Positions 24,397 through 38,491 of a DNA stretch of 64,000 bases are shown here, in pieces. Positions within the stretch are counted from its first letter, which is position 1; each line of letters starts with the position of its first letter. This DNA comes from Takakia lepidozioides (Eukaryota; Plantae; Bryophyta), in contig CM060734.1 of the NCBI GenBank assembly GCA_030704615.1, forward strand, positions 7,812,001 to 7,876,000. Reading direction: 5' to 3'. The notes under the pieces are model-generated. The model made no database searches. It saw nothing but the letters and a program-made list of their open reading frames with translations, and was not told the origin of the DNA. The position numbers and the translations under genes are program-made.

Positions 24397-25399
24397 GAAG
24401 TTGAAGGAATTGCAGAAATGCATGAGGTTAACATACCTGGAAAAGAAGAACCTACCCTTGGTGATGCGGAAATGCCAAGGTTTCAGGAAGTGCACACCAC
24501 AATGTTCAGCTGCCGACACGAACATCCATAATGGGTACGACCTTCTCATCCCTCACATGGACTTCCCGGGGGCATTGACGCACATGGAGATGCAATTGCA
24601 GGAATCACAGGTTTATTTGCCTGATCCTCCAATCCACGTGGCCCACAATCCTCTACCGCATGCATCTTCCCCCATGACACCTGCCCCTATCCGTCCGACA
24701 TTGGGCACCCCACACATGGGAGGTGCTCTCACAGTTGTGGGGTCATCGTGGCACCCGCCCCTCGTGGACCATTCTTCTTTATGGAATCAGCTACAACATG
24801 GACCCCATCACTTCGTCCCCTCCCCTCCCAAACCCATGCATATGTGCTTCTGGGGTGAGCCGTCTAGCACGTTGGCCTCAAGGCGGTTTGATGGGGATAT
24901 AATTGGAAGTGTGGCGCAGGGTGCAAGGTTCCTCCAGCAACTTAGGCACGAACCAATCACATTAGGGAGCAACTTTACAATTCTCTTGAATGCCACATCT
25001 CCACCAACATCGGCCAAAGCAACTCAGTTGACACTGCTGGATGCTCAGAGCTTGAAGAGCTCGAAGGTTCGGAAAGGAAAGGGCGGAAAACTCAAACTTG
25101 CAGCTAGCAGGTATATGTGAAGGACCTTCCGGATTTATGTGTGTAGTTTGCATGAAGGCATGGAGGGCGTACTGTGAGTCCAACAACGCCATCAACCCCT
25201 CTTTTCTTCCATTCACATGGTATAGTTTGGATCTATGTTGTGGTGTAACAACGCCATAATACTGCCTACAAGTATCTAGCAAATTTCGTAGGTGCTTTTC
25301 AATGTTTGTTGTGCTGTTTTATGTCAAATTGAGAGCTTTTGCTGCAGGAATATTGTGTGTTGTGCAGTTCTGTAACGACCACCACATCGGGGACAACTT

Positions 25400-26350
25400 T
25401 GCCTCATACTGTAATTGTTTTACAGGAAAGAAGTTGTGAGAGGGTTGGACTAGTGATAGGATGATTGATTTCTGGATTGCCTCAAAAAGGCTTATCTCTC
25501 CGTCAATGTGTTTCAAGTAAATACCTTGCTTTACATTCCTTTGCGATGATTGGAATTTGAGAGCATTGTCTGAAGCATGGTAGTGATCCTGAGTCCATTC
25601 TTTGATGGATGAAGGCACGTTTCCGGACGTAGTTTTCTATGGCATAGAAGCTCTAATTATACCTGTGTACTTGGAGTAATTAGTTCATTAACCTCCCGAG
25701 CCATATTCCACCATGTCCCATTCACTGTTTCTCCACAAATGTGTGCATGAATGATATTAATGACATGTTCGAAGTGTTTGTGAGTTGTCACTGGAGCGTC
25801 CTTATTTTGGAGGCTCACAGGTACCTGCATCTCAACTCCATCAGAAGCTTTCATGCGGATCCTGGCCTCTGCTCTGAAGTTGCCAAAATGTGGGCTGTAC
25901 TACGTGGCCTCATCCCAACTTCACCTGAATGGAAGTGAGCAACGTCCACAGCCCGATGGTTGAGGCCTTCTATCCCCCACCAGGATTCCATTTGGGAGTG
26001 TGGGTTCTTTTCTACCCACTACATTGACCTGTACCTCGATCCAACATTTGTGAACCGTCATCCGAATGGGGCTGGTCCGGTATGCACCAATTTTGACCAC
26101 CCCATCATGTACAAACTGTCTATATGATATTTGCTTACACCCGTGTCTCATGTTTGCTTACATGCTCATTTGTAATGTGGAGTTGGACAACACTTGGTTT
26201 CCTGCAGAGGATGCTTTGCAGAAGAGGGTCGAAATGCAATCTATGGTGGACAAGGAGTTGAAAGGCCTTACTCCACATGGGCTGCCCTATGTTGGGAAGA
26301 GTGTCGTTCCTGACGGGGAGGACACTCCTCTTTTCATGTTGCCAGTGTAG
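25400..26350 (+). pseudogene. Possible Ulp1/C48 peptidase remnant (typically DNA-transposon cargo)
   Basis: VSCHWSVLILEAHRYLHLNS (25741-25938 frame) resembles the H-W...(D) catalytic segment; otherwise degenerate. Confidence 0.35.
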
Positions 26351-29088
26351 GCCTGAAAATTATCTTGCACGTGTCGTTATGGCGCAGGCTGGACTACTCT
26401 ATATTGTTCCTGTGTAGCCTCCTCTCTATTGTTGTGTGATGATGAATAAAAACTCTCCTGTGGCATGTACTGTGATTCAGAAATAAACTAAGTGAGACCT
26501 CAAACTCCCTTTCGGCCTGTTGGGGACTTTGCATTAGAGGACAGTGGTGCATGGTAGGATGTCATACCCATCCTCCCATTTCCATGGGAGGACTCTTACG
26601 ACTGCAATTGCAGTGCCGTGCTGCACTCATTCCATGGGGTCTATATGCAGAAGTATGCCTGCATGAATTCAATGATGTTTACACAGAAGGAAGTTCAGTT
26701 GTAGTTACTTAAGAAATGCACTTTTGTTTTTCCATTATCTGTAGATCCCCTTCAGTGTTGGGGAGTAGCATGCAATTCTGCGATAGCATTCCCATGTCCT
26801 TCGAACACGTTCCACCCATATACATGGATGACAGTTATACATGTCAAAATGGATAGCAACACCCTCAAGTTAATTCATTCATCCCGTACAAGAATTTAAC
26901 CTCCCCTTTCCGTTGCAAATTGGTTGGATTTTGAAAGTCGTCTCCTCTTTCCCCTCACCATCCTCATGCCCTCACAGAAGGCCTCTGCGGTATTTTGGCA
27001 TCTTGCCCTCGCAATGTGTGTGCAGCAAATGATTCAAATAGGTCCCCACAGGGTTCCTGTCTTTCGACTGCCAATGCATCCGTAGTCCAAGGAAGATTGT
27101 TTATGAGCCTGGCCGCGTGAGCGCAGCCAGGGTCACGCCACATCAGCATTTATCGCCACGTTGGTTCTCGCCAGCGTAGTTCACGTCACTTCATGTCATT
27201 CTCATAGGCACGGACCTATAACTGCGGACAAAATAACGTGAAGGGGCCCTATAGCCGCGGACTTTAGCGTTCGGCACGTAGAGAACCATATTTGGGCGAT
27301 GAGAAGAAGTGCAGAACAAAGGGTTCAAATGAATGTTACTGAATGATTGTGTTTGAGACCGAATATAGAAGAATGGTTGTGGATGAATTAATGAGGATGA
27401 AGGAGAATCAATGTGGATGACATGCTCAGAATATGGATGAATATGGATGAAATCTTGCAGATGAATGATAATGGTTGAATGTTGGACGACAAATTGTGGA
27501 TAAGAAGGAGTCCACACCGAAGCCGAGATCTCACCGAGCCCAGTGCAATGAGAAGAACAGACTACAGATTTTTATTTTTATTTTTATTTTTTTCCCCTGG
27601 CTGTTTGGAAAAATAGTGTGCGGCGCCGCACACTCTTTCTGCCCATTAGAAAAACACCGAATTTGGGACCCCAAACTAGGGGGGATTTTTATTTATTTAT
27701 TTATTTATTTTTCTCCTAGTTGGTTTAGGGAAATGGGATAGTATAAGTGCTCCTGAAGTATATGTCCATATCCACGGTCAGCTGAACAACTTCCAAATTT
27801 CCTCAATGAAGGAGGCTGCATATGATACTTTGTGAACCCAGAATCACATTGCACATACCACATTGACATACCACTACAGGCACACACAGAAGACAGTGCA
27901 GCGTTTTTTTGAGACCATGTGTGTCATACAAACTGTTGTGCTTCATCACACATGATTGCAAAATGGATGCCCCAACAATGCACCATAAACAATAAAAATG
28001 GCCCATGAGACACACCATACCATCTGCTAATACATCACAGATAGTTTTGGAAATGACGTTGGGCTTTATTTGATGACCATTTCGAAATACGATGCAAGAC
28101 ACGACCAAAGAATCCACATGCATATGGACATCCCCACTCCGGCCAGCCACTTCTCCCACAACTTGCCATGGATACGACATCATCATATGCCTACAAAACG
28201 GAATTATCGTTTTCCATAAGTTCATGTCATTCCCACAGAGACAGTGCGATTGTACTCATGCAGCGATGGTCAACACTTTCCCAGGAAGGCAACACCATTA
28301 GCGAAATGACTGGTACTACGTAGACACGTCTGTACATGCAGTGATGTCATGACAACACTTTGGGCGTCCGACACATGGTCGTTGGTGAAGTGAGGTTCGT
28401 TTGATTCCCACTTGACCTGCTTGTAATCCCATTCATACTCAGGAAGCACGACTTGCACATGTTACGAAGGCCTTGCCCACTCCAAGAAACGATGATCCCA
28501 ACGGAAAATCCCAATATGATGTTGAAGTGGGTTTGCTTTCTAGGCTGGCTGCACACAAATGAAGGCAATGGGTCGCATTGTGCGAATGTCCAATTGCGAC
28601 ATGAAGGAGACAACAAGGGATCCGTGGCAATCACAACAACCGGTATCTCATGGGCTTGGGTGAGGGATACCCGCGGAAAATCGTGGCGGCTGGCAAAGCT
28701 GTAGTAAGTGACAGTGCAGAAGTCCACCTTCTTCATTACCTTCCACCCGGGAGCAGTGTATTCAAACACGCGACCCGATTCGGGTCGCTTGGGAAATGAA
28801 GGGTTAATTATGCTCAGTCAAACCTGTGAATATACTGTTTGAAAATTACGAAGTTTTGAAAAACCCCTTCACTAAAACATTATAATTTTCCAATACCCAA
28901 GGTGGAAAATCGGAAAATTTGTGGAGATGACGAAAGTACCAAATAGGCTCTATGTAATGATGGTCAATTTCTCTTGATGCAACCTGGTGGGTTGATGGCT
29001 TGTGTTTTTCGTTCAAGGGCGCAATTTTTTCACATTGTTTTTTCTGTACCTTGTAGGCAGTTAAGGGTTAGGCTGTGGAACCAGCTGG

Positions 29089-29116
<28 letters not shown>
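29089..29116. repeat. (TA)14 microsatellite at the LINE 3' end
   Basis: Direct inspection. Confidence 0.95.
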
Positions 29117-29119
<3 letters not shown>

Positions 29120-29770
29120 ACAGGGGTCGGTGGCCCTGGAAATTTTATTGAATGATTATTGAAGGGAGAAAAATTAAAACCCGTAAGTTTGCCATAAGGT
29201 TTGAACTCACGGCGGGCCGTGCTGGATAACTCTGGAACCATAACAGAAGAGATCTCTTAACGGTAAGCGACACTATCGACGTTAGGGAGGACAGAAGCCT
29301 CGGTAGAACCCAGCAAGACCAAAGTAATGCTGTAAACGGGGTGTTGTTTACCCCCTACTGACCATTAGAATGACACGGAGACGACGACGAGTGCCCTAGG
29401 ATTGAGGGGAGGCTGCTATCGCGCTAAACGGAGAAGCAGTGGATCCGGTAGGATTGGACACAGGGAGCAGGAAATGAAGGGGCCAGCGAGCGATCAAGCT
29501 TGGAGCAATTAGAGTGGAGGGAGGAGAGAATCATTAGGAGAGCCGGGAGCCTATCTATGAAACTGAAGCCGCATTGCTGAGGCCGATCGAACATGCTTCC
29601 AATTGACCTCGGTTCTTTCAAACTCCGGGGATGCCGAAGAGGTAGCCTTTGTGCCCATTCCAGCAGGAGGGGATTGAATCTGCCCATACACAGGTGAGTC
29701 CATTAACGCTGTAAATAATCCCATGCTTGCCCCAGGATGCTCCGAAGGCATAGAGGAGGGAGGGCTCACG

Positions 29771-32700
29771 CTATGGCTTCCTTGCGACCGCTGCACAAAG
29801 CAATGCCCAAGCCTTTTTAGCCGCCACAGTCAGATCAAAGAGAACCATAGAGAGGATTGGCGCTGTGGCAGGTGTATTTTCGTTGTTGAGGGTCCAGGCA
29901 CATCTTTCTTTCCAGATGTTCCAAAGCACCGAGGTCCTTAGTGCTTCGTAGACTGGGCAGTCAGAGGCAGTTGATTTCTCTCTTGGGTTGTAGTTGAGAA
30001 GGATTGCAGATGAGTTAAAAGGTAAGTTATCCCATGAACTGTAGAAGGATCGGGCTAATGGCCAGCTGATTGCTGAAGGAGCCAGACAGCGGAGAAAGCA
30101 GTGTTCCATAGATTCAATTGTTTGGATGCTGCAGCATTGGCAGAGAACAGCCTCCGGGAAGTTCAGATATTGCCCCACCTTAAGAACCCTGTTGGCAATC
30201 TGCCAAAGAAAGGCACTCATCTTTGCCAATTTGGATTTGTTCCATATCCTAGACCAGATAATCTTCCAATTTTCATTCTCAAAATTTTCCTGGCCCATCT
30301 GTCATCCCATTTAGCCGTAAGAGGCCTGGCACCGAGCATTGCCCTGTAACCCTTCTTGGCAGGATAGGAGAAGAGCGGGTGCAGTTCATCTCCAAAGGAC
30401 CAGGACCACTCTGCCAGGTCTAGCTGTAATGCAGAGATTTCCGAACCCCCAACCAGAAAAAAGACCTGTTTCTACAGCCAGGAAAGAAGCGGTTGCCCTA
30501 TTGGAGCCCTGGGATTGAAGGACTTTTCAGGGGAAGACCAATGGCAGATGTGGGCTGCTGCCGCGTTGGTTTGAGGGATGGTGATGATATTGGGAGAGAG
30601 AAGGGAGAGGAGTCCAGAGATGTCGTGGGCCTGGAAGCTGAATCCGGAGTAGGAAGTGAGAGAGACCTGGGAGATATAGAAGACGTGGCTAGAGATGGAA
30701 GAATCAGGCAGAACCCATTGGTGGGGATTGAGCCGGGGCTGGCCATCTCCAAGAATAATTTTCCATGAGTCTGGAATGGATGTGATAATATTGGAAATTC
30801 CCCAGCGGAAGCGGAGGGGGCCTGAGGCTTGTTGAATGGTCTGGTGGGTCGCTGTTCCATAAGTCAATGATGGTGGAGAACCCCCTAGTCTCCCAGGCTG
30901 CCCATTTCCTTGCTGCTATTTGTTTTGCCTGAGGAGGAGAAGGGTTGTTTAGAAAGAGGTGTTGCCTAAGAGTTTCTTGAAACATTTTGGGCTCCTGTTT
31001 CCTTGAAAAAGATCTGAGGTTCTTCCATGATCTTCAGATGGAAGACCAAAGGGGGAAACCAGGTGTTTTATGGTTGAAACCTTGAACTATCCAGCGAATG
31101 GAGTTTAGGGTTTAGGTGGGGGCGACCATGTGCTTCCACCGGCCACCTTCTGGTCCAAGGAATCTTGGGAGCCATTTTCCCAACAACGCTTTAATTTGTG
31201 TTTCCAGATCCAAGACCCCAAGACCTCCCATTTTTTTTGGGAGGCAGATCTGTGCCCATGAGACCTGAGGTCTCTTGTTTTGGGTGGATGATCCTGCCCC
31301 CAGATGAAGTTCCTAATTAACCTCTTGACCTCATTTATAATTCTGTTACCAGGGCCCCAGGTGGAAGCGAAATACCATATGCTAGCCAGTAAGATTTGGT
31401 TGGCTACCAGAGCCCTACCCGTGATTGACAAATGGCAGGAACCCCAGTAGGAGAGTTGATGCTTTAGTTTCTTCAAAGTAGGCCCCATACGTTGGTCCTC
31501 CGTGAGATTGATGCCAAATGTATGCCCTAGCAGCATAGTTGGTTCGCCTTCTTTGAGCCAGACCAGGCCAAGGTGGGCTCCCCATGAAGGGTTTGTGCCA
31601 ATGGTAGATCTTGAGAGGTCACCAAGGAGGAGGGCTTTGGATTTGGACCAATCAACCTTCAAGCCTGAGACACTGCAGAAGCGAGAGAGAGTGTCCGCTG
31701 CCGCTGCCATAGAGGCGTGGGAAGCTTCAAGCAAAAGGAATGTGTCATCAATAAACATGGAATCCTTCACCTGCCTCCAGAGGCGGGTTTTCGGGTTCTG
31801 AAGCTTGAGCCCTTTGACGAGTGGGTTGTCCTCTAGCATGTAACCGAGGGCATCAGCCACAAACAAGAATAGGAAGGGCGCGAGGGGCAACCCTGCCTTA
31901 CGGATCTTTAATGCAGCTGGAATGGTTTAGAAAGATGACCATTGACTAATACCCTACTTGTGGCTCCCTGGAGGAGGATCTGGACCCACTGACAGAAGCT
32001 TGGAGGGAGACCCGATTTCCTGAGGACCGCCATAAGGAAGGCCTTGTCGACCCGTCGAAGGCTTTCTCGAAGTCCAAGAGCCATAGCGCAAGAGCCTGTC
32101 CAGAACTTGCTGCATAGGTAGATGCTTCCTGGGCTAATAAGACGTTGTCGAGAATGTATCGTCCTTTAATGAAGCCTGCTTGCCCTATCCTTATCATTGC
32201 TGGGAGGAGAGGATGGAGGCGAAGGGCGAGGGTCTTGGCTATAATTTTGTAGGCAACATTGAGGAGGGTGATGGGTCTATAGTTACCTAGCGCTGCTCTA
32301 TCCCTTTTTTTGAAGAGCAAGGTGATGATTCCTTGTGACATCTCTTCTGGCATAAAGCCTTGGGCTTTGATTGCATTGGCCATATCACAAAAGTCGGTAG
32401 AGATGGAGGACCACAAGGCCTTGTAGAACTCAACAGGCATACCATCGAGTCCCGGCGCTTTGTTGTTGTTCATTGCTTTGAGGGCGAGGTCTATCTCTTG
32501 GGGATCTAGGTCTTTGTCAAGGATGTTGATGGCATGAACAGGGAGGGAATGGGGAAACGACTCGAGACAGTCTCTCAATCTGTCAGGGTATAGGGGGTCT
32601 TTGGGGTCAGCCTGAAACAAGGAAGAGAAATGGTTATAAGCAGAAGTACACATTTGTTTTGGGATGCTTGAAGTCACTGATCCCACCTGATATGTATAGA

Positions 32701-33922
32701 GCTCAGAAATGGATTGAATGGCCCTACGCTGCTTCAACTTCTAGAAGAAGTATTTAGACATTTTTTCTCCCTTAGTGGACCAGTTAATGCCTGCTTGCAT
32801 TTTCATTTTCTTTTCTTTCAGAAGATGGAACTGGTCCAGGTTGAATCGCGCCTGCAGATAGGTCCAGAAGGTGTGGTCATCACATGAACGAGCCTCTATC
32901 TTCTTTTGGCATATCCCAAGACATTTTTTGAGCGCTTGAGCTTTTCTTTTTTGAGAAGCTGTGATTAGCAGACTAAGGTTTTGGCTTTCTTTGCATGCCG
33001 CCGCTAGCTTGGCTTGAAATTTGGCGATTGGACAAGGGATGAGGTTGCCAGATGACAGCCAGACCGCTTTAAGGCCTTTTACAAAGGAGGGAATCTTAAG
33101 GTGGGCAGAATTAAGTCTGAATACTCTTCTCTCCCTAGGGTGGGTTTTTGGGAGTTTGAGGGTTGCAAAAATAAGGGCATGATCAAAACCAAGGGGGGTA
33201 GGGTCCTGGGGGCAAGAGAAGAGGGCAGGAGATAGGGAGAGGGAGGAGTAGAAGCGATCTAATCTAGCCATGCTAAGATCATTCACTTCCCTGTTATTTG
33301 TCCAGGTAAAGAATGGGCAAGAGCTGGCAGGGTGTGGCGGGGGCCTGTCTACTTCAGCGAGGCTGTGAGTCTGGGTTAGAAGGTGCCAAGATTGCTCTTC
33401 CTCACGGCTGAGTTGAAGCGAGCCTCTACCTTTCTCGTCGCATTCATTTTCTACCATGTTAAAATCACCCGCCATGACCCATCTGTGGATATCATGGTGG
33501 GAGGACATGAGGTGGCAGATTTTGCTCCAAAGGGCTGCTCTGAGGGCTGGTTCATTCGGGGCATAGATATTGATTAGACCAATTGGATCAGGGACATTAG
33601 GGAGAAGAAGAGAGCAAAACTGCACTCTCCCAGATTACCATACTTCATCTTTGAGGAGAAACTGCTTGATAGAGGGGGAGAGGAGGATGGTTGTACCTCC
33701 CTTGGAGCCTTTGTGAGAGGGTTTCCATAGGGCTAAGGATTTAGGCCAGAGATGATTAGAGAGGTTTTGGATTTTACTATTAGTGAGCTTGTGTTCCTGA
33801 AGAAAGACAATGGATTGGGAGGGGATGAGGGGGGTTAGCTAGGCAGACAATTCTATTTTTTTGAGTGCCATTTGGTCTCACCCCAGGCCTTGAATGTTCC
33901 AAGAAGATAAGCTAACCTGCAT
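29771..33922 (-). pseudogene. LINE ORF2: APE endonuclease + reverse transcriptase + C-terminal zinc finger
   Basis: MQVSLSSWNIQG start, GDFN, RLDRFY, FDH; KAPGLDG, NYRPITLLN, DFEKAFD, QG.PLAPFLF, FIDD; CQCC..ESMEHCFLRC; frameshifts and stops. Confidence 0.92.
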
Positions 33923-34657
33923 CGGGGGCGGGTGACAGGCTGAGGGGTGTAATCTCATTTGATGGCCTGTTTGAAAAGAAGCGGAACTTGGTTCTTTTGT
34001 CCGATGGGATGAAGGATGGTGACCAGAAGTAGCTCAGAGATGCCGTGTGGATTGGCTTCTTGAGATGGACAAAAATAACCTAGATAGTTGGAGAAGACTG
34101 GTGAGGGATACCAAATGAGTTCAGGGGTATAAATCTTCCTGAATCTTGAAGAGAGGTTTTAATAGAGACTGGGTGGGAAGGGGAAGGTTGTGAGGTCCCA
34201 AGATCCGAGAGAAGTCATGCTGGGCTGGGGGGTAGTTGATAGAGGGAAGAAGTCTCCATGAGGAGGGAAGAGAGTAGACAGGACTCATGCATAAGATTCT
34301 GCATTTACTGCTGAGCTTGGAATTGTCAAAGAAGAAGAGAATAGGAATGGAACAACCATGAGGGAGGAGACTTACAGGGATGGGGGGAGCCAAGAATGCA
34401 TTTGATAGTGTGTCTTTGGTCTTGGTCAGGGTCTTGGTTGATGTGCATGGCCCCACGAAGTGATCCTGACCTGCCCAAACTCCTAGTAGCGTAGTGGTAT
34501 TGTTTCCGAGAAGAGTATCTTCATCCATAATTGCCAGTATATTAGTGTTGGGAGTGAGGTCATCGCACAGTCCTGGGAACACTTCAGAGTAGGCCCCCCA
34601 GGTGACAGCGGAGATGGAAGGGAGAGAGTACAAGGAAGGATTGCACATCTCTAACAG

Positions 34658-35341
34658 GGCAGTTGCAGCCTACGGTGGACCAAAAATGCTGTCTAAGCAC
34701 TGTTTTTTTGGGACCTTGATTAATTGTAAATTATCATACTTCTAAATGGCAATGCTGATAGTAAAAAGGGATTAAGCTATGAAGGCTCAACTACATATAT
34801 TTCCCCTATTCCAAGTCTAATAACCAAAAAAACCAAATGGTTAGAAATTATGGACTTCGGAACAAGTCCATAAGGATTTGTTTTAGTCCATATAAAAAGC
34901 AGTTATGGACTTTTTTTAGAGCATGATTAATAGAAAACTAAAAAAAAGGACTTACCAAATGTGCTTTGAGGGATAAAGAATCTAGAATGAAAACATCCAC
35001 TAAAAAATATTGAGTAATATAAATTTTATGTAATATTTTGAGCCTTCAAAATAATTATTTTCGTAAGGTCCTTTACATGTAGAATTCTTTGAAATATCAA
35101 CACTACCTCATTAAATACATAGACCAAGGGTAAACGCCCGGGGTGGATCAAGGTCAAATTTGAAAAAAACTATCGTGATATGAAACTATCGCGATTTGAA
35201 AATAAAGTATTTAATGGTCAATCATAGACGGTTGAGATTGTAAAGCGAATCCAATGGTTGAGGATTCGTCACATCCCCCTTTATGTACTTTTAGGGACTC
35301 ATGGTGTGTTTCATTTTGGTCCACCGTAGGCTGCAACTACC
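34658..35341. mobile_element. Non-autonomous TIR DNA transposon (MITE), 684 bp
   Basis: 28-bp TIR GGYAGTTGCAGCCTACGGTGGACCAAAA (1 mismatch); flanking duplication TAACAG at 34652-34657 and 35342-35347; AT-rich interior. Confidence 0.93.
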
Positions 35342-35931
35342 TAACAGAGATCCAGATGGAGTCGAGGTTCATGTTATCACACCCTGTCAACAAAAACGCT
35401 GGGTTTGGATGCTTCCGGAAAATCAGTGGAATGAGACATGTAGCCACTGGGTCTTGACTTGAGATTCCTGACTTTAAAAGGAGGTGGGAGCAGCCTTTGA
35501 GGGTCAATCGAGGGAAGAAGCATAGACTTGCATAGATTTTAGCGGTGACCGGGTTGTGTGCTACTGGGGAGTGACGCAGAACTTGGCGGGGGGCCTGTTG
35601 GACTGTTTGTCTGTGGAGAATGTTGCCCGAAGTTGCAAATATGCCGTTACTTTTTGCCATTTGAATCTCCCAGGCAATGAGCCGAGACACTGGCAGGGGA
35701 GCCGGTGGCGAAGCTTGCTGCTGGAGGATGTTGGATGTTGAAGAGCCTGACTTCCCTCTGATGATTGATGCTTCTGATTCTCATACGGAAGCCCCATTGA
35801 GAAATGACAGCGTAGTGGAAAGGGAGGCTGTCGCCTCGAGCAGCATAGGGTCTTGATGTTCCTTCCTTCTTTTGGTAGGGGGAGAGTTGGAGACTTGCTT
35901 AAGGGCAGAGTCCCATTCCTGGTAAGATGGA

Positions 35932-36246
35932 TGTCAAGTTATTTTACCACTAGTGTGAAACTAGCTAGGAAATAGTTAGTTTTGATATATTGACATTTGG
36001 GATTGACCCAAGTGTCAATCCAGGGACCAATATATGTTTGGGCACCTGACGTTGTTATCTTCACGGCAGATCGCGGTGGGCTTATCTTTCTCGAGTTGAG
36101 CCTCACCGCGTCTAGCTATGGCGCCGTAGTGTGGAGTCCCCATGGCGTGGGGTGCACTTGGCTCGACTTAATATATGAGTGATATTTTCATGTGCAAGTA
36201 TGTGAGTTTGAGAGAGCTTGTGTGCTTGTATCATTTATTTCTTTAT
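35932..36246 (+). repeat. Terminal repeat A1 (315 bp) of copy C
   Basis: Direct repeat of 44955-45269 with about 14 substitutions by eye. Confidence 0.95.
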
Positions 36247-38491
36247 CACTCGAGAAAGATCAGCTCGAGTCTGTGAGTGCCAGGTTCGAGTTAGTTGCAG
36301 CACTTGTATTTTCAGATCATGAGAAGCGGTTCAGCCTAGAGTGCAAGGATCCGTGCATGAGCCTATCCAAAGTGGATAGAGTGCAAAGGCGAACAGGTTG
36401 CAGGTTTGCAATGGATAGAGAGGCGGGTAACCTATGTTAAAGAGCGGCGTTGCATAGCTCAACGCTATGGCAACCAAGTTTGGGCTTCTAGTGTGACGCG
36501 GAGGAGATGCTAGCCACGAGTGGGCGAACTGGTGGTCGTCTTTTTCAGCTGCAGGCCGAGTTAAGGAGCTGCAGAAATGTGGGCTGCGCATGGAAAGCTA
36601 GCATGTTGCAGGTTGGTAATCAGCTCCAGGTATCTCTGCTCGAAACTAGTTGTTGCAGGTAGATGAGGAGCAGCCGAATAGTGGAGCTGCGAGGGGATGC
36701 ATCGCAGCCTGTTGGGAGCTTCAGCTCCAAGCTCATGAGGAGGTATGAGTGAAGAGAGGGGGCTGGTCCCTCTTGTGTGCAAATCAGTGCACTTGTTAAG
36801 CATGTGCTTGAGTTGGAAGTTTCAAATCTGAAACTCTAGCACGGTGAGGGCTCTTGGAGTGGCAAGAGCCGGGGCTGGAAGGGCAGCAACAAGACGTCCT
36901 AGAGCCAGGGAATGTGCAATAGAACTGCAGGTACACCAAGGTTGTAAAGGTGTGTATTTTCAGATTTGTTTTTGTGAGCTTCATGAAGAAAATGGAGCTT
37001 GTTGGGCAACATATAGCTTGCTTGTTGAGTAGGGTGCCTCTGGTGGGTCGTGAGAGCCCAAGAGAGCATGACAGCAGGTCTGGTGGCTTCGCAGAAGCCA
37101 TAGCTCGGCGGTAGCACGTGCAGGAGCAAACCCCAGCTCGGGGAGAGCTCGGGAACGCATGGGAATGCCTTGGGAACGCATGAGAACTCGTGGGGAGTTC
37201 TAGGGAACGCATGGAACAGTGGCCGTGATGGCCGTGGGGGCGGTATCACGAGATACCACGAGCCCAGGTCGTGATTGTTGACCGTGACCGTTGACCGTGG
37301 GAAGCCGTGGTGCGGACACCACGGGTGGGCACGGTGACCAGATCGTGGGGATGGTGGGCCGTGAAAGCTCGTGGGTGTGGTACCACGGGGTATCACGAGG
37401 CAGCCCATGGCCAACGAGCGCCTAGGGCGGGCCGTGAGGAGTCGTGGCGGTTGGAGCCACGGAAGGCCGCGAACAGTCAGAGTGAAAAAAATAAAAATAA
37501 AATTCACTCGTTTCGTGGGACCTTGATGGGGAGGCTGGGCTCTGAAGAACAACGGTTTTGAGCTAGCTGTTCGGCAGAAAAGTCGGAATTGCCTCCCTGT
37601 TGCATTTTAACAAAGGGGATTACTTCCCTGCAGGTAAATTTTTCGGGTTTTCAGCCCAATTCTTAACTATGGGGGAGACCAGCCTGCAGGTAATTCCTTT
37701 GGACAGAATGTTGTTGGGGCCTATATGTACCTCTATTTGCTCCATTTTTGAACCTTCAGTGAATGGCATGGTTTCCTGAGGTGGTTCCATTCTGAAGGAT
37801 GGCTGGTGAACGTAAGGGGGCACTGACAGACCCTGTGGAGGCTTGCATGGGGCCTTCGAGGCCAAGTTTCATGAGCTCGTGGAGGGCGGTTTGAGGAGTG
37901 TCCACATGATGCTCTCATGGTCATGCAAGTAAGAGAAGAGAGGAAAAAAGAGGGTGTTGGGATGAGAGCGTGCTGGGGATAGGCATTGCTTTAGCTTCCT
38001 TTCCTCATAGCTTCCCACCTTCTCTGTAGGCCGAGACCTTTCCATAGGTGGAGGCAAGAGTCAGTCCGGGTTTGGGCTGGGGTGTCCTTGCAGGAGCAAC
38101 ACGGAGTTGTTTTTGGTGTGGGGGAGTTGTTGTTTTCATTCTTGTGTTTGGATCCCCTCCACACCTGCATGTTTGATTGTGCGCCATGCTAGTTATGTGT
38201 GGGTGCTTGATTTTATAGGTGGTTGACTTGGGCTTGATCGCCGATCCAATCCTAGAGCATGTTGTCGATGGTGAGGCTGGGTTGATGACTAGTCAGACCA
38301 TCTTTGTTTTTCCTGTGGTGAGGTGGTAATGACCAGCCAACCATGGGAGTGCCTGCGGTGGATGCAGGTGTAGGTGCAGGCTATGTTAGGAACCTAGTAT
38401 TCCAAACCATAAGCCGCATCAGGTTCTCTACCCGGATACCTTGTGGAGAGGGGGTTAGAGACAGGTACCGGTTGAGTGTCAATTTATCAAC

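Noticed and set aside
24401-25120. 239-aa ORF as a host gene
   Set aside because: Non-ATG start, no recognisable domain, and within a degenerate TE-like region.
36331-37561. Extra or antisense ORFs (env-like) in the copy C leader
   Set aside because: No recognisable domain and no counterpart in the copy B leader.
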